The notes below the pieces were generated by a model that was not told the DNA's origin, ran no database searches, and saw nothing but the letters and a program-made list of their open reading frames with translations. The position numbers and the translations under genes were made by a program. From the NCBI GenBank assembly GCA_965112735.1, contig OZ218951.1, positions 2,418,001-2,482,000 of the forward strand: a DNA stretch of 64,000 nt, written 5' to 3'. The stretch's first letter is position 1. Each line of letters begins with the position of its first letter. This document shows, piece after piece, positions 1 to 13,627 of the stretch. The DNA comes from Phaeosaccion multiseriatum. Taxonomy: Eukaryota; Protista; Ochrophyta, other classes.

Positions 1-1262
1 ATGTGAGGGAGGCACATGAGGGGGGAAGGAAGGGACGGAGCGGAGGCGGGCCAAGTGGTCCGAGGAGAGCAAGAGAAGCAAAAGTGAGGGAACACAGAGG
101 AGAAGCACAACGGCGGAACACAGCGGAGAAGCACAACGCCTTCGGTTTCTGATTGGCAGGGCGGCGTGGCGCGGATCGGGTTTGGGTCGGGTCGCGTGCC
201 CTGCAACCCAACCCGCAACACTTGGCCCCTTCGTTCCTCCGCATTTGGCGGGGGAGGCAGAGGAGATGAAGGTCGGCACGGGAGGGAGGGAGGGAGGGAG
301 GGCGGGTGACGCATGTTGAGGAGGCGCGGCTCTCCTCATGGCACCGCACAGGCACAGCCGTGTTGTTCTTGTTCTTGTTGCATGGAGGCCTCCTCTGCGG
401 CGTGTTACTCAGAGCTTTTTTGGTCGTTTCATTACGGTAACCGTCAGGCACAGAGGAAGGAAGGAAGGGAGGGAGGGAGGGAGGGAGGGAGGAAGGAAGG
501 CCTGAACACCGGGGGCGGGGGTGGCGTGATATGCGGAGTACCCACTCCGTTTCTTGCGCACATCTGTTTGGGTGTCCGATCATCCACCCAAACAGGAGGG
601 GCAGGACAAGATGCACAGCAACTGTAACTCCCAGAGCAGCTCCTACAGGACTATACGGAGACATGTTAATTGTTCAGCAAGAGAAGAGGTAAGGGGAGAA
701 GAGGGGGAGGTGGTGGAGGGTGAGCAGTATGACAACAGAGGAAGGCGAGATGAGAAGCGTCCGAACCATTTTTTGGCACAGACAGATGCAGATTCGATCG
801 CCTACTCACAGAATAATAAGCAAGCCCTCCCGGTGGCGCTTCTGTAGGGCTGTGGCACATCACACGAACCACCACACACACACACACACCACATGCATTG
901 TATTTGTTTCAGTTGAGCATCAGACGAGTGCAGAGCCATTAGTTCGAGGCACACAAAGATGAAGGAAGGAAGAATTATTATTCTTTTTGTAGTCATGTTT
1001 ATATTAGAAGGGGGGGAGGGGTGGTGGTGGTGGTGGTGGAGGAGGAGGAGGGGAAGCCAAGTGTATTTTGAGGATGGCAAGCGGGCTACAACTTCAGTTT
1101 GATTAATTCACTAATTATTATTATATGAAACGTGATTGCAGAAGGACTGTGGTGTACTTTGCCACTTTGCCAAATAAGTAACATAAGTACGAAGGGTCCC
1201 CCCCCCCCCCCAACATACACACACGTGCTCACACACGAGCCCACACACACTCCCACTCCCTC

Positions 1263-4200
1263 TCAGTGCGCGGAGCCTAGGAAGGATTGCCCTCCCTGCT
1301 TCTCTGCCCGCTGCCTCTGCTTCTGCTTCTGGTAATCCTCGTACTCCTCCTGCTGCTGCTTCTTCTGTCGCTGCTCCTGCTTTGCCAATCTCTTTCGCTT
1401 CATTTGCAGCACGATATCGTCCTTCTCCTGAAAGAGCACACCGTCGGGAAGCGTGGGGAGACGGTCTTGTGTCACCGCCGCTGCAAACTTCCTACAGTGA
1501 AGATAGCCCGTCTCTGCCTCATCCATCTCTTGCTTCATCTGAACAAAGTCTTGGTCCGTCAAGGGCTCGCCCTGGTTGCTCAGGAAGCGTTTGAGCTCGT
1601 CCAGAGGAAGCAACTCGCCATCTCCATCGCCTTTGATGATGCCTAGTGCAGCGTATACGTCCTTAAACTCGCTAAAGCTCACGAAGCGACTCTGGGAGGG
1701 AGGGGAGGGGAGGGGGAAGATAGGGGAGGAGAGGAGGAAGAGAGGGACGTACGGACGGAGAGAGGGAGGTAGAGTGGGAGAAGAAAGGATGGACGGAAGG
1801 AAGGAAGGACAGAGGAAAGGAAGGAAGGAAGGAAGGAGGCAAGCAAGCAAGCAAGGAGGAAGGAAGGAAGGAAGGAAGGAGGGAAGGAAGGAAGGAAGGA
1901 AGGAAGCAAGAGCTATCAGTCACTCAGGCACTCACTCTCTCACTCACTCGCTCACTCACCCACTCACTCACTCACCCACCCACTCACTCACTCACTCACT
2001 CACTCACTCACTCACTCACTCACTCACTCACTCACTCACTCACTCACTCACTCACTCACTCACTCACTCACTCACTCACTCACTCACTCACTCACTCACT
2101 CACTCACTCACTCACTCCACTGCATCCTACCTGCTCCGTCAACGAGCCCGCCACCTTGTTCGGCTGCCGTATCGCCTCATCCATATAATGTCGAATGATA
2201 CGCCTTGCTGTGGCGTCAGGCATGGAATGCTTCACACGTGTCGCTGTACCCAATGATCGCGTCGCACCCCCGGCGGGTGCCGTTCCCGCTCGGGTCATCA
2301 GTCTACGGCTGCCCCTGCTTACCCCGCGCTGGCCGCCGGAGGCACTCGCACTCGTACCAGGGCGAAGAGCTCTTTCTCTTCCTCCCCGCCTCGCCCCCCT
2401 GCAGCTTTCTTGCCCTCCTCCTCCGCCTCCTCCGCCTCCTCCTCCTCTTCCACTGCTTCTCGCCCCCACATTGACTCCGGAGGCACGACCTAGTCTATAG
2501 TCTGTAAACATCACACCTACTGCGGCACTCTCCCCTTTATTGCGACCTCCTCCCCCCCCTCCTCCTTCTCCCCTTCCTCCCCCCACTCCTTCTCGACTCG
2601 GAGAACCTCGCGCTTCCCCATGACGCTGTCGCTCTCGTCTGTGCCAGGTAGCGTGCTGTCCGTATGCAGCAGCTGCAGCAGGGGCAGTGCCCTTGACAGG
2701 ACGGCTATTGAACAGATTCACCCTCATCTGACTCGGCCTTGTTTGCAGCGTATCCTGGCCCCAATAAGATGAAACGGGCACTCCGTGGAACGTCTCGATG
2801 CTCGCCTCTTCATCATCACCACCACCACGACCACCACCACCACCACCACCCTTCCTAGCGTTCCCATTGGTCACGGCACTACTCTCCAATGGCTCTCTCC
2901 CTTGGTACATGGAATATCCGTACCCTCCGTGTCGCTTACTGCCTCCTGCCACGCCCGACACCCGAGCGGCGGCCGCACTCGTCCCTGGGCCGTCGTTGGG
3001 TGTGAAGGTGGTGCCTCTCCTTCTCGGGTCGGGCGAGGTGCTGTCCACCAGCTTCTGGGGTACGTTCGCCCAGCCTTCGAATCCCCCTTGTACCACTGTG
3101 GGTGGGTGGGTGAGTGTGTGTGTGTGTGTGCGTGTGTGTGCGTGTGTGTGCGTGTGTGTGAGTGTGAGTGTGTGTGTGTGCGTGTGAGTGCGTGTGTGTA
3201 TGTGTGTGTGTGGGCGGGTAACATAAGAGTTAAGTAAGACAAGCACTCTCACCACAAGAGAGGAGAGGAGAGAGGAGAAGCGCACCATGTTGTGCGTGAG
3301 ACTTGATTGAGACAGGGGGTGGACGTGGATGGAATATGGAAGTGGTCGACCAGCTCATCCTCTCCTCCTCCTCTTTCTCCCCTTCCTTCTCACTAACCCC
3401 TCTTTTCCAGCTTGTCGGTGTTGGGGATGATATACACAGCAGGGCCCTTCACCTCATACTCGCTCGTTTCCAACACCGTCAGCAGCAACTTGCTCGCCCG
3501 CGGAAAGCCCTTTGTGAGCCTCCTGGCCAAATCCGACGGCGTCTCCCGAGCCTCATCCCGCGCCCTTGAGTCCGCTCCGTTGGCCATGAGCATCACGACC
3601 AGGCGGAGGGCGGTTTGGGCGGATACGACGGGTCCTCCCTGATTCTCGGCCTGCTGTTGCTGAGTCAAGGAGCCCTGTGCGACTTGTACGGCCTCTCGGG
3701 CGGCGTGTTTGACGGCGTAGTGTAGCGGTGTACACCCGTACGTGTTGCGCTTGTTGATAAACACGCCCTTCTTCAGCAGGGCCTTGACGCGAGCAATGTC
3801 ACCCATTTGGCAGGCTTTGAATATCGTCGCCCCCCGGATTTGAGTTTGTGCTCCCGTCCGGAGTGAAGCTTGATGTGTGAGTGTGTAAGTTTGGCATGGT
3901 GGTGTGGTCCCCACAAACGGTCAATAGTTAGTGAAAGGAAGTTGGAGGAGGTGGCTGATCCATCTCGCTCCTCTCTCACCCGCACCCACACATCTACCCA
4001 CATCTACCTACCCACCCACCCACCCACCCACGCACCCACCCACCCACCCACCCACCCACCCACACCCACACTCAACCACCCACACACCCACATCCACACC
4101 CACACACCCACCTCTTTCGATGGCTTTCGTCCACTTCTGTAACGCCACACCATCGTCCATGGCCAGCAACATCTCCTTGCGAGGCTTCCCAATTGCCGTG

Positions 4201-5042
4201 ACGGCGCTTATGCAGAGGATAAACTCCCTCCCGAGACGATTGCACATGGGCTCCGAGGCCAACTGCACTCGCGTTTGCTGACAGGAGAGCGGGATGAAGA
4301 CGGCTATCGAGTCCTTCTCGTCAGGGGCGTGGGCGGTGTCGTAGGCACAGAGGCCTCCGTGCTGCACCATCACCCAACGTCTCTTCCACACGGCAGCAAA
4401 GCCGTGCAGCCCGCTCTGGAGCCGCTCTATGGGTGCCTGCAGGAAGATGCGAGCCTTGGGGTCGGATTCGGCATCGTCAGCTGTCAGTGCTGTTGGTGCT
4501 CCGCCGCCACTGCTGATGAATCTGGCGTCGTCGCCATCTAGGGTTGGGCGGGCTCTGTACTTGTCGTCGAGGTCAGCGAGAACGCCGTTTTGGAAGATGC
4601 GGAGATCCGCCAGGGGCACTCCGGCCTTTCCGAGGGCGGCGAGGATGCGGTCGAGGTTTCCGACCACCCCGTGCACCTCCAGAGAGGACACTGAGATGCT
4701 GTCATCGATGTCGTCTGCTTGACCCACACACGTAGAATACATGCACACACGACAAAACAGACGAGGTCGGGTGTGCTGGACGTAAGGTAAGGCGTTCTGC
4801 TGAGTCGCGAATACTCCCCGTGACAATGAGGCGTCGGTGATGATGCGTGAGGCAAAAGGGAAGAAAATAATGCAAGAAAGATGCGCAGAGTAGATGTGCC
4901 AAATGTCGACAAGAACCAACCCGAATCTAGTCTACTCACCTGCACCAGCTTGCGGAACCAGATTCAGCCGAGCATCTTTACTAAAAGTCGGGGTATGCAC
5001 CTCACACCCATCGGGTGGGCGTATACCCGTTCCTGGATTCAT
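1263..5042 (-). CDS. Multi-exon PH-domain / ankyrin-repeat / EF-hand-like protein
   Basis: Hand-spliced exons ~5042-4940, ~4718-4112, 3868-~3398, ~3095-2131 and 1691-1263, with consistent phases. PH-like segment: LQAPIERLQSGLHGFAAVWKRRWVMVQHGGLCAY...LQKWTKAIE. Ankyrin: IFKACQMGDIARVKALL...NTYGCTPLHYAVKH. EF-hand-like C-terminus: GDGDGELLPLDELKRFLSNQGEPLTDQDF...DEAETGYL. Confidence 0.72.
1921..2116. repeat. (CACT)n tetranucleotide microsatellite, intronic
   Basis: Near-perfect CACT array seen directly, inside the last intron of the PH/ankyrin gene. Confidence 0.95.
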
Positions 5043-6274
5043 CCTAGAGAACCCCTACTCTATTTTGGGCGAGGAGGGAGACGGAGGGGCAAATATGGCG
5101 CGAGAGGGGTTGATCTTGCTCAACCTCGCCCTCCTCTCGATAAATTCATGCCATGCAGCATGACCTCAGTTCAGTCGCCATGCAAGCGACCATGAGCAGA
5201 GCCCCGAGCGTCGATGCCGCGACAGCAGAGTAGATAGGGAAAGAATTTTCTGTAACTTTCTCCTAAGGCAATGAATTAGAAGCATACGAACACCCCGGGG
5301 GACGAATTATTCCCATGCTCAAATCTCCCTGAAAGCAAGCTGTGAGGTGGGCGTGAGGTAAGAGAAGAGGACGGCAGGGGAGGAGAGGAGTGTCCGTGGA
5401 GGACTTGGGATGTGTGGAAGCTGCGCTGGAAGCGAGGGGTGCAGAAACTGGCGCTATTTGGCTTCCGATGTGGAGGAGTGATTACCGCTTCTGAGAGAGC
5501 TTTTTCTTCAAGGGTGCGCTTGTGGCAGCTACCAGGAGCCAGCGACAGCAAGGAGAAGGACGAGGGACACCTGGTCGCTGTGGTGGCGTCAGATCCACGG
5601 CTGCCTTTGTGGCTTGGCTTTTTTTGAGAGACGTTAAATTGCGGGCCCCCTCTCCTGGCACTGTCCCACCCGGCCCACGTTACATTTGATCGCTGATGCG
5701 TAGTCGACGGGCGTTGCTGGAGGAGAAAGGCGCTGCTACTTCTCCCGTCGCTTCAGACGCCGCTTGGAAGAGAGGGTCTTACTCTGAGCAGCTCTTAAGT
5801 TTGCTTCGTTGGGGGCGTAGCGATGGTACTTTGAATCCCGCCTCGGATCTCGACTGCCGCTTCTCCTATTTCACTGATAGCAGTCTGGGCTTCAAGGAAG
5901 AGAACATAGAGCGACCTGAGCTGGAGCAATACACGTGCACAGCTCAACTACCGGAGGAGGAGAGCAGCGGCTATGGCGGAGGGTTTTGTTTTTTTTGTGT
6001 CGGATCAGCCCAGCTGCGGATGCGAAGCGCCTCAGGCACACCTGTCCTCTCCTTGCACCTCGCCCTGCTGCTCGGTACTTATCCCCCGCCTCCCCCATCT
6101 TTCCCCATCAACGCCCCTTCTTCGCTTCTCCCTTGTCTCTCTGCAGTCTGAACAAGAGGGACCACCCCCCCCCCTCCCACACAACTATCCAACTTTTCGG
6201 GCCAGGTTCTCTGCGCCTTTGGGTCTGTATGGGCATCTTTTCCTGCCCAGCCGCTGACGCAACTGTATTCATCC

Positions 6275-6817
6275 ATGAGCTCTCCGCCCACAAGCATCAC
6301 TTCAAAGCTTCCGGTGAGTAATTCATTTTGAGTGAGTATGTATTTGTAAACTCAACGCGCGTTCCATTCAGGCGCAAATGGAAAGGACGGGGCAGGGGGC
6401 TTAGCATCCTGATATCCGTGCCCTCTGCCGCGTACTTACCGTCCTCTCTCTCTCTCTCTTGTCTTACTTTTCCCTCATCCTCTCCCTCTCACCCACTTTG
6501 TTTCCGTGTCGTGTGTCTCGCAGGATGCTGCTGTAGAGGCAACAAGCGCTCCCAAATCACCACCTAAGGAGTCCTCTTCTTCCTCACCTTCTCCCTCCGC
6601 CATAGACCCTACCACCCCTTCCACCTCCACCACCACCACCACCACCACCACCTCTGCTTCTCCCAAGGCCTCCGCCAAAGGCCCATCCAAACTCTCACTT
6701 GACGAAGGCTCGCCGAACGGTTCACCGCCTCCGAAGGCGGACAAGGACGAGCCAGTTTCCGCTTCTTCTACCACTCCCTCGTCTGCATCTGCGTCTTCAT
6801 CTGCAGCACCAGCGGCG

Positions 6818-6848
<31 letters not shown>

Positions 6849-9800
6849 TCTCCTCCCCCAGGCTATCCTCTTCTTCCAAAACGAAGTTCACTTCGCGTAA
6901 CCTCAGCCAGCAGCTCAAGGCGCAAGGCGAGAAGTGAGTCCAAGGGGAGGGAGGGAGGGGAGGGGGGGGGGGGAGTGGACGGCGGCGGTGGTCTCTTCCC
7001 TCTTGTCTCACTCACTCCATTCCATGAATAATCTCTTCCCTCTTGCTTTACTCATTCCACACTCCTACCTACACCTCGTACATCTCACGTTTTTCGTCCC
7101 TTCTTTGCCCCTCCTCCTGCGCGCACACATGGCTCCCTCCCGCCAATTTTGCCCCCCTCCCCCCCCCGTCCCCTTCTGCCCCCCTTTTCCTCCCTCTTTC
7201 CGGCTCACTCTCTCACTCACTCACTTCACTTCACTCGCTCACTTCGCTTCACTCGCTCGAGCACAGGGATAGGAGCCGATTCACCCAAAAGTTTAATCAG
7301 ACTGGAGGCGGAGGGCTGGGTGGGCGGCTGCTGGTGCTCAATTCCACAAAGTCTTCGGCTTCTGCTGCCCCCCTTGTCTCCAACTCTTCCTCTGTTGCGG
7401 CGCTTTCATCTTCCTCCTCGTCCTTGGCAGCAAAGAGAGGAGATGGAGCAGTGGGTGCGTTGGCCTCGTCCTCAGGTAGCGGTTCAGCAGGAGGAGCAGG
7501 TGCGGCAATAGGAGGAGGAGGAGGAGTGGGAGCTGGGGGCTCAGCATCGGCAAGTGGTGACAGTAGGAGCGGCGCGCTCGGCACAGGCACTGGCAATAGT
7601 GGGGGGGCAGCAGAGCTATCCTCTGCCTCAGCAGCGGATCAACAACCCGCCAAGCCAGCGGTGTGGGGGGCCAAGGTAAAGGGCGTAGACGAAAAGGCCA
7701 ATGAAAAGAAGGAGACCAACACAGTGCCGGCGTGGGGCCAGCTGGTTACTCGCAGCGGGCATGGAGGATGGGGTAGCGATGACGACGACGCGGATGAATC
7801 CGACGGGAATGGGAGGAGTGGACCTGCCCAACAGCAGGAGCAGCAGCAGGAGCAGCAGCAGCAGCAACAGCAGCAGTCATATGGGCAGCAGCAGCATCAT
7901 CAGCAATCGTATGGGCACGAGAGTCAGGACTTTCGGGGTGGGCGTGACGGAGGCCCAGGGGGGCGCCATGGAGGATTCGGGCCAATGGGGTATGATCGAG
8001 GGGGAGGCCCAGGGGGGTTTGGCGGTGGCGGCGGTGGTGGCAGGGGGCATCTTCAACACGCGACGAATGGACCAATTGGGGCCGGCAGGGGAGGAGGGTA
8101 CGGCGGCCCTGGAGATGGAAGAGGGACGGCAGGAGATGGAAGAGGAGGAGATCGATTCGGGTTCGGGGCGCGACGGACAGTGGGAGGGGGCGACTCGTAC
8201 CAGCAGCAGCAGCAGCACCAGCAGGGGTCTGGTGGTTCCTTTCAGGGGCAGGGAGGGGGAGGCAGAGGAGGGGGTGCTAGAGACGGTTACGGGGGAGGAA
8301 TGGGCATGGACAACAGAGGAGGAATGGGTATGGACAACAGAGGAGGTGGAGGCTTGCGTGATCGAATGGATAGCGGAGGAGGAGGAGGGTTCGGCGGGAG
8401 GAGAGACTTTGGTGGGCTACCTGGGCCGGAGGGAAACTGGAGAAAGCGACCCACGCCCACGCCAACTACTCCTTCTTCTTTCTCCTCCGCGGACGGAGGA
8501 GGACAGTCGGGAGGAGGTGCGGGACCCTCAGGAGGAGGTGGTGGTGGTGGTGGTGGAGGAGGAGGAGGAGCGCAAGGACCTGGTACGGGTGCGGGTGCGG
8601 GACCCCCCGGCGGCTGGAACGGTCCAGGGCGGGGTGGGGGAGGTGGGATGGCAGGAGATGGCAAAGAAGGAGGAGAGGACCTGCCGCGAGTGTCGTCAGA
8701 CCCCTACGCTCGCCACGGAGCAGTGGGGGGTCATCGGGAGCGGGCCGCTGGCGAGAATTGGCGCGGAGGAGGGGGGGGGGGTGGAGGGATGGGAGGATCG
8801 GTTCTCGGTGGGAGCGCCGTCAGTAGAAGGGGGGGCAGCTTTGATGGTACTGCTGGTGGTGGGGGTGGCGGTGGTGGCAGGTCCTCTCGGGACCCGATTG
8901 CGTCGTACCGAGTACCGGCCCTGGGCGAGGAAGGGAAAGGAAGCGGAGAGGGGAGGGGAGGAGGTGAAGCAGCAGGAGGAGGAGAATCAGCACCACCACG
9001 AGCAGCAACAGCTGCAGAAGGATCCGCGGCACCTGGGGAAGGACGAGGAGCGAGAGACCCTTACAAGACTGATACTTTGGAGCAGCCTCAGCAGCAGCAG
9101 CGACATCAGCCACCTCGGGCGTTTGATCCGTACAGAGAGGCGTCACCAGAAGGAAGAGGAGGAGGAGGAGGAGGAGGAGGAGGAGAGAGCAGTGGTGAGG
9201 CGACCAAGTCGAGAATCGCCCCATTGCGGGATCCCTACGCGGAATCCCAATCTTCTTCATCAGCCCCTAAAGAGCAACCGGTGCGCCATCCTGTTGCGCG
9301 GGATCCCTATGCCGAAGCGGAAACAATCACAGCCTCCAAGGAGACAGCCCCTGGCCCCACACGAGATGAGGCAACGACATTAGGTCAACAGGACAGGGAC
9401 CCGTACTCGAGGGGCAGAGGCAGTGACCCGTATGAGCAACAGCAGCAGCATCATCAGCAGCAGCAGCATCAGCATCATCATCATCATCATCATCAGGCAC
9501 CGTCGCCTCAGCGTGTCGTGGATCCATACGCAGCAGTGGGTAGTCGGAGTGAGGGAGAAGACCACCAGCATCAGCAGCAGCAACGGCCATACTCCACCCA
9601 CGCTCCTCATGCGATAGACCCGTATGCCCCCCAGCAGCAGCAGCAGCAGCATAGCAGGGAGGGAGGAGGAGGAGGAGGAGGAGGAGGAGGAGGAGGAGGA
9701 GGAGGAGGAGGAGATTTCCGGGCGGGTGTGGATGGAAGGTACGGAGGTAGGGGCTTTGGGGGGTTCGGCAACACCGGTCAACAGCCACAACAGCGACAAC

Positions 9801-11850
9801 TTGGCTCCTTTGGAGGGGGTGGGAATGGCGTTGTATCCAGCGGCATGAGAGGTATGGCAGCAGTGGGGGGCGAGAGGGACAGGCCCAGAGGAGACAGGGA
9901 CCCAGCAGCAGCACCAGGAGCAGCGCCGCTCTTTCGAGGGGGGCGATCCGGGTCCGGTGCTAGTGGGGACTGGGAGCGAGGTCAGACGCTGCCACTTAAC
10001 AGTCACAGTCAAAAGCCGGTGGGGGCGAGGCAGCAGGACGGAGGAGGGGGCAGAGGAGGAGGAGGAGGAGGGGAGGTGGGAGGTGTGTATCCCGGTGGGC
10101 ACGACGGACGGGACTTTCATGGTGGCAGTGGCCATGGTGGGGGTCGCTTCGGGGGACAGGGGCCAGCGACGACGCACCACCAACCGCATCACCACCACGC
10201 CCACTTCTTGCAGGGAGGGGGTGGTCCTAACCACCACCAGCATCAGCAGCACCCACATCAGCTATACGACCACCGCAACAATGCCATGGTTACAGTGCAG
10301 CAGCAACAGCAGCAACAGCAGCAGCAGCAGCAGCAGCAGTTGGGAATGCAACAGCAGCAGCAAGGAGGAGGAGGTGCGAATAGCCCGGGCCCCTCCCCTC
10401 AGCTTCAACCTCATGCCCTCGCCCCGGGGGGGGTGCCTGTACCTCCGTCTCCCATCACATCCATGCTAAGGAGAGGAGACGTGAAGATCATGAAGAGGAG
10501 ACCCTTCACTGCGACTACCGAGGGCGAGGAGGGGGGTGAAGGTGACGCTCAGTGCGCCTCTCCGGAGGGCGGCGATGAAGGGGAGAATCAGGATGATGGC
10601 GGTGTTGGTGTGGCTGAGACTGGGGCGGTGGCAGTGGCGGGAGGTACCAACCAAGAGCAGCAGAAGCAGCAGCAGCAACAGCAACAGCAGCAGCAGCAGC
10701 AGCAGCAGCAACAGCAGTACCACCACCACCACCAGCAGCAGCAGCAGCAGCAGCAGCACCACCACCACCACCACCACAAGGCGGCCGTGGACAGGTCAAT
10801 GGAGGCACAAGGAGGAGGGCAGGAGGAGCCGCGCCATTACGCACAGCAGCAGCAGCAGCAGCAGTTGGTGATACAGCAGCAGCAGCACGCCCAAAAGCAA
10901 CGCCAGCAACAGTACGGTGACAATCAGCGTCAGCCGCTGGTGGTGCAGCAGCAGCAAGCGGCTTCTGGCAAGAAGACGAGACCCCGCCCCTCCAAACCTC
11001 GCACGCAGGGACTGCTCTTCGCCTTTGCCCCGGACGGGAGGATAATCGACGCGGACCGACCGAACTCGAGCGATGCGGAAATTGAAGCTCGCCTTGGTCT
11101 CCCAAGCCAACAACAGCAGTTGGTGGTACAGCAGCAGCAGCAGCAGCAGCACCAGCACCAGCACCAGCACCAGCACCAGCACCAGCGCTCATCCTCTCAC
11201 CATCCTCAGTCTGTTGGGGGCCCGGCTGCTCCGGGTGCCCAAGGAGGCATGGTTGGAGGTGGAGCTGGGCCTGGGAGAGGTGGCGGAGGGTCGAGGGGCG
11301 GGAGAGGAGGGAGCACCGCAAGGGGTGGGAGAGGGGGGCGGGGGGGAAGAGGAGAGGGAGGAGGAAGGGGGGGGCAAAGGCAGCAACAGCAGCAGCAGGG
11401 GGTGAGTGTGCAGGCCGAGCCTCAGCCCCAGCCACAAGCCCCGCCCCCAAGCCCACCAGCGAAGCCAAAGCCCAAGCCCACTAGTTGGAAGGCGGCTGTT
11501 ACAGGAGTGGCTCCTCCTCCTCCTCCTCCGGCGCCGGCTCCGACGCCGGCGGTGGCCACTCCACTCCATACTGCTACTGCTACTGCTGCTGCTGCCCCTA
11601 CTGGGCAAGGCCAAGGCCAAGGGCAAACAGGACAGTCTAGGATTAGACCTGTGACTACCTCCGCCGTTGGTGGGGGCCAGGCTGTGCCTGTCGGTGCTGC
11701 TCGGCCACTGGCCGCCGTCGGATTTCAAGGACATTCGCACCCTGTAAGCACAAGCACGAGCACCCCGCAGGCACCTCTCGGGGCAGGGGCCTTGCTGCAG
11801 CAGCAGCAGCAGCAGCAGCAGGGGCAGCAGCAGGAGAGACTGATTCAGGC

Positions 11851-11883
<33 letters not shown>

Positions 11884-12139
11884 CCTCGTGTATCAGCAAA
11901 ATCTCAAGTTGCAGCGGGAGAGGGCGTTGCAGCAGCAACAGCAGCAACAGCCGCAACAGCAGCCGCAGCAGCAGCAGCAGCAACAGCAGTTGGTGGTACA
12001 GCAGCAGCCACGGATGCAAGTGCAGGTGCCGAATGAAAAGCAGGTGCAGCAGCCGCTCCTGTCACCCACGCAGCAGCTACCCCCACAGCAGCAGGCTCAG
12101 CTCAGGCAGCTTAGAGAGCAGAGACAGCTTCAGTATCAG

Positions 12140-12173
<34 letters not shown>

Positions 12174-12307
12174 TGGTGGTACAGCAGCAGTTTCAGCAGC
12201 AGCAGCAACAGCAGCAACAGCAGCAGCAGCAACAGCCTCCACAGGCGAGATCGCAGCAACAGCAGATGCAGCAGATGCAGCAGATGCAGCAACAGCAGCT
12301 TCGGAAC

Positions 12308-12342
<35 letters not shown>

Positions 12343-13331
12343 GCCAAGGGGACCACCCCAGAGGAGGCCTCAGCCGCCGCTACAGCAGCAGCAGCCACAA
12401 CCACAGCAGCACAAGATGCAGCAAGCTCCGCAGCAGCAAGCTCCGCAGCAACAAGCTCAGCAGCATCAGCGCCCCCAACAGAGGCGGCCACAGCCACAGC
12501 AACGGCAGATGCAGCAGACTCGACAACAGCAACAGCAACAACCCCGACAGCTGCCGCAGGCGCCAGCAACGGCAACGGCAGCGGCTGCGGTCCCTTTCGG
12601 GGGTGCCTCACAGCCTTTACAGCCGTTACAGCCGTTACCAGCACAGCAGCAGGTGGTACAACAGCAGCAGCCGCAGCAGCAGCAGCCGCCGCCGCAACAG
12701 CAACAGGTGGTACAACAGCAGCAGCCACAGCAGCAGCAGCATGCAGCGAAGAAGGGCAAGAGGGCCACAGAGAAGCCGCGCCGAGGAGGCAAGGATGGAG
12801 CGCCCCTTGCGACGAGTGGCAGCGGCAATGGAGGAGGAGGCGTTAGTGGCAGCGGCAATGGAGGAGGAGGCGTTGCGACGAGTGGCAGCGGCAATGGAGG
12901 AGGAGGCGTTAGTGGCAGCGGCAATGGAGGAGGAGGCGTTAGTGGCAGCGGCAATGGAGGAGGAGGCGTTGCCCGTGGTGCCGTGGCTGCAGGGGCGCCC
13001 CTCCCGCCTTCTGTTGGCGAGGCAGGAGCATCCAAAACCGCCAATGGTAAGGGGGTTGCAGGAGGGAAGGGTCCCAAAAAGCAGCAAGTGCGGCAGCAGC
13101 AGCAGCAGCAGCAGCGGCAGCGGCAGTACACGGAAGGTGCGGCACCTGCCAGCGGCGGTCAAGTGAGGGAAGGAGTCGTCGACAACGACAAACGCCGACC
13201 TCACACTCCTCACACTGCCCCTTCAACGTCAGCCCCTCCGTCCTCACGCGGCGGCAAGGGAGGGGGAGGAGGAGGGGGGAGAGGGCCCAAGAAGGCCCAG
13301 CAGCAGGGGCAGCAGCAGGGGCAGCAGCAGG

Positions 13332-13378
<47 letters not shown>

Positions 13379-13627
13379 AAGCAACAGGGTAAGCAGCAAG
13401 AGGGTGTGCCTTCCGGACCAGTACAGCAACCGCCGAGACCAAATGGGACGGCGAATGGTGAAAAGACATCCCGTAGCTCGGTGGGGGGGGGCAGGGGTGG
13501 TGCCGGCAACAGCAGCAGCAGCAGCGGTGGCAGGGGGGGCAAGTCGAGTGGCAGCAGTAGGGGAAGAGGGGGGAAAGCGAGGCCTAGGCGGGCAGTGGTC
13601 GCAGCCGAGGGAGGGGCGGGCAAGTAG
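6275..13627 (+). CDS. Very large low-complexity RGG/polyQ protein with a BAT2/PRRC2(MOS1)-like N-terminal motif
   Basis: Exons 6275-6313, 6524-6933 and 7267-13627 join in frame at GT-AG sites, and the last exon is a 6.3-kb open frame. The N-terminal KFTSRNLSQQLK...GGRLLVL resembles the BAT2_N-type K(F/Y)xxxNL...GGxxVL pattern; this family call is tentative. RGG boxes, GNWR/GDWER motifs and long Q tracts follow. Confidence 0.7.
12811..12970 (+). repeat. Coding minisatellite, 5 copies of (AT)SGSGNGGGGV (30/36-nt units)
   Basis: AGTGGCAGCGGCAATGGAGGAGGAGGCGTT is repeated five times with identical nucleotides. Confidence 0.9.

Noticed and set aside
1-1260. Short ORFs at the window start
   Set aside because: Low-complexity with no domain signal. 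Probably UTR, intergenic or intronic sequence of a gene outside the window.
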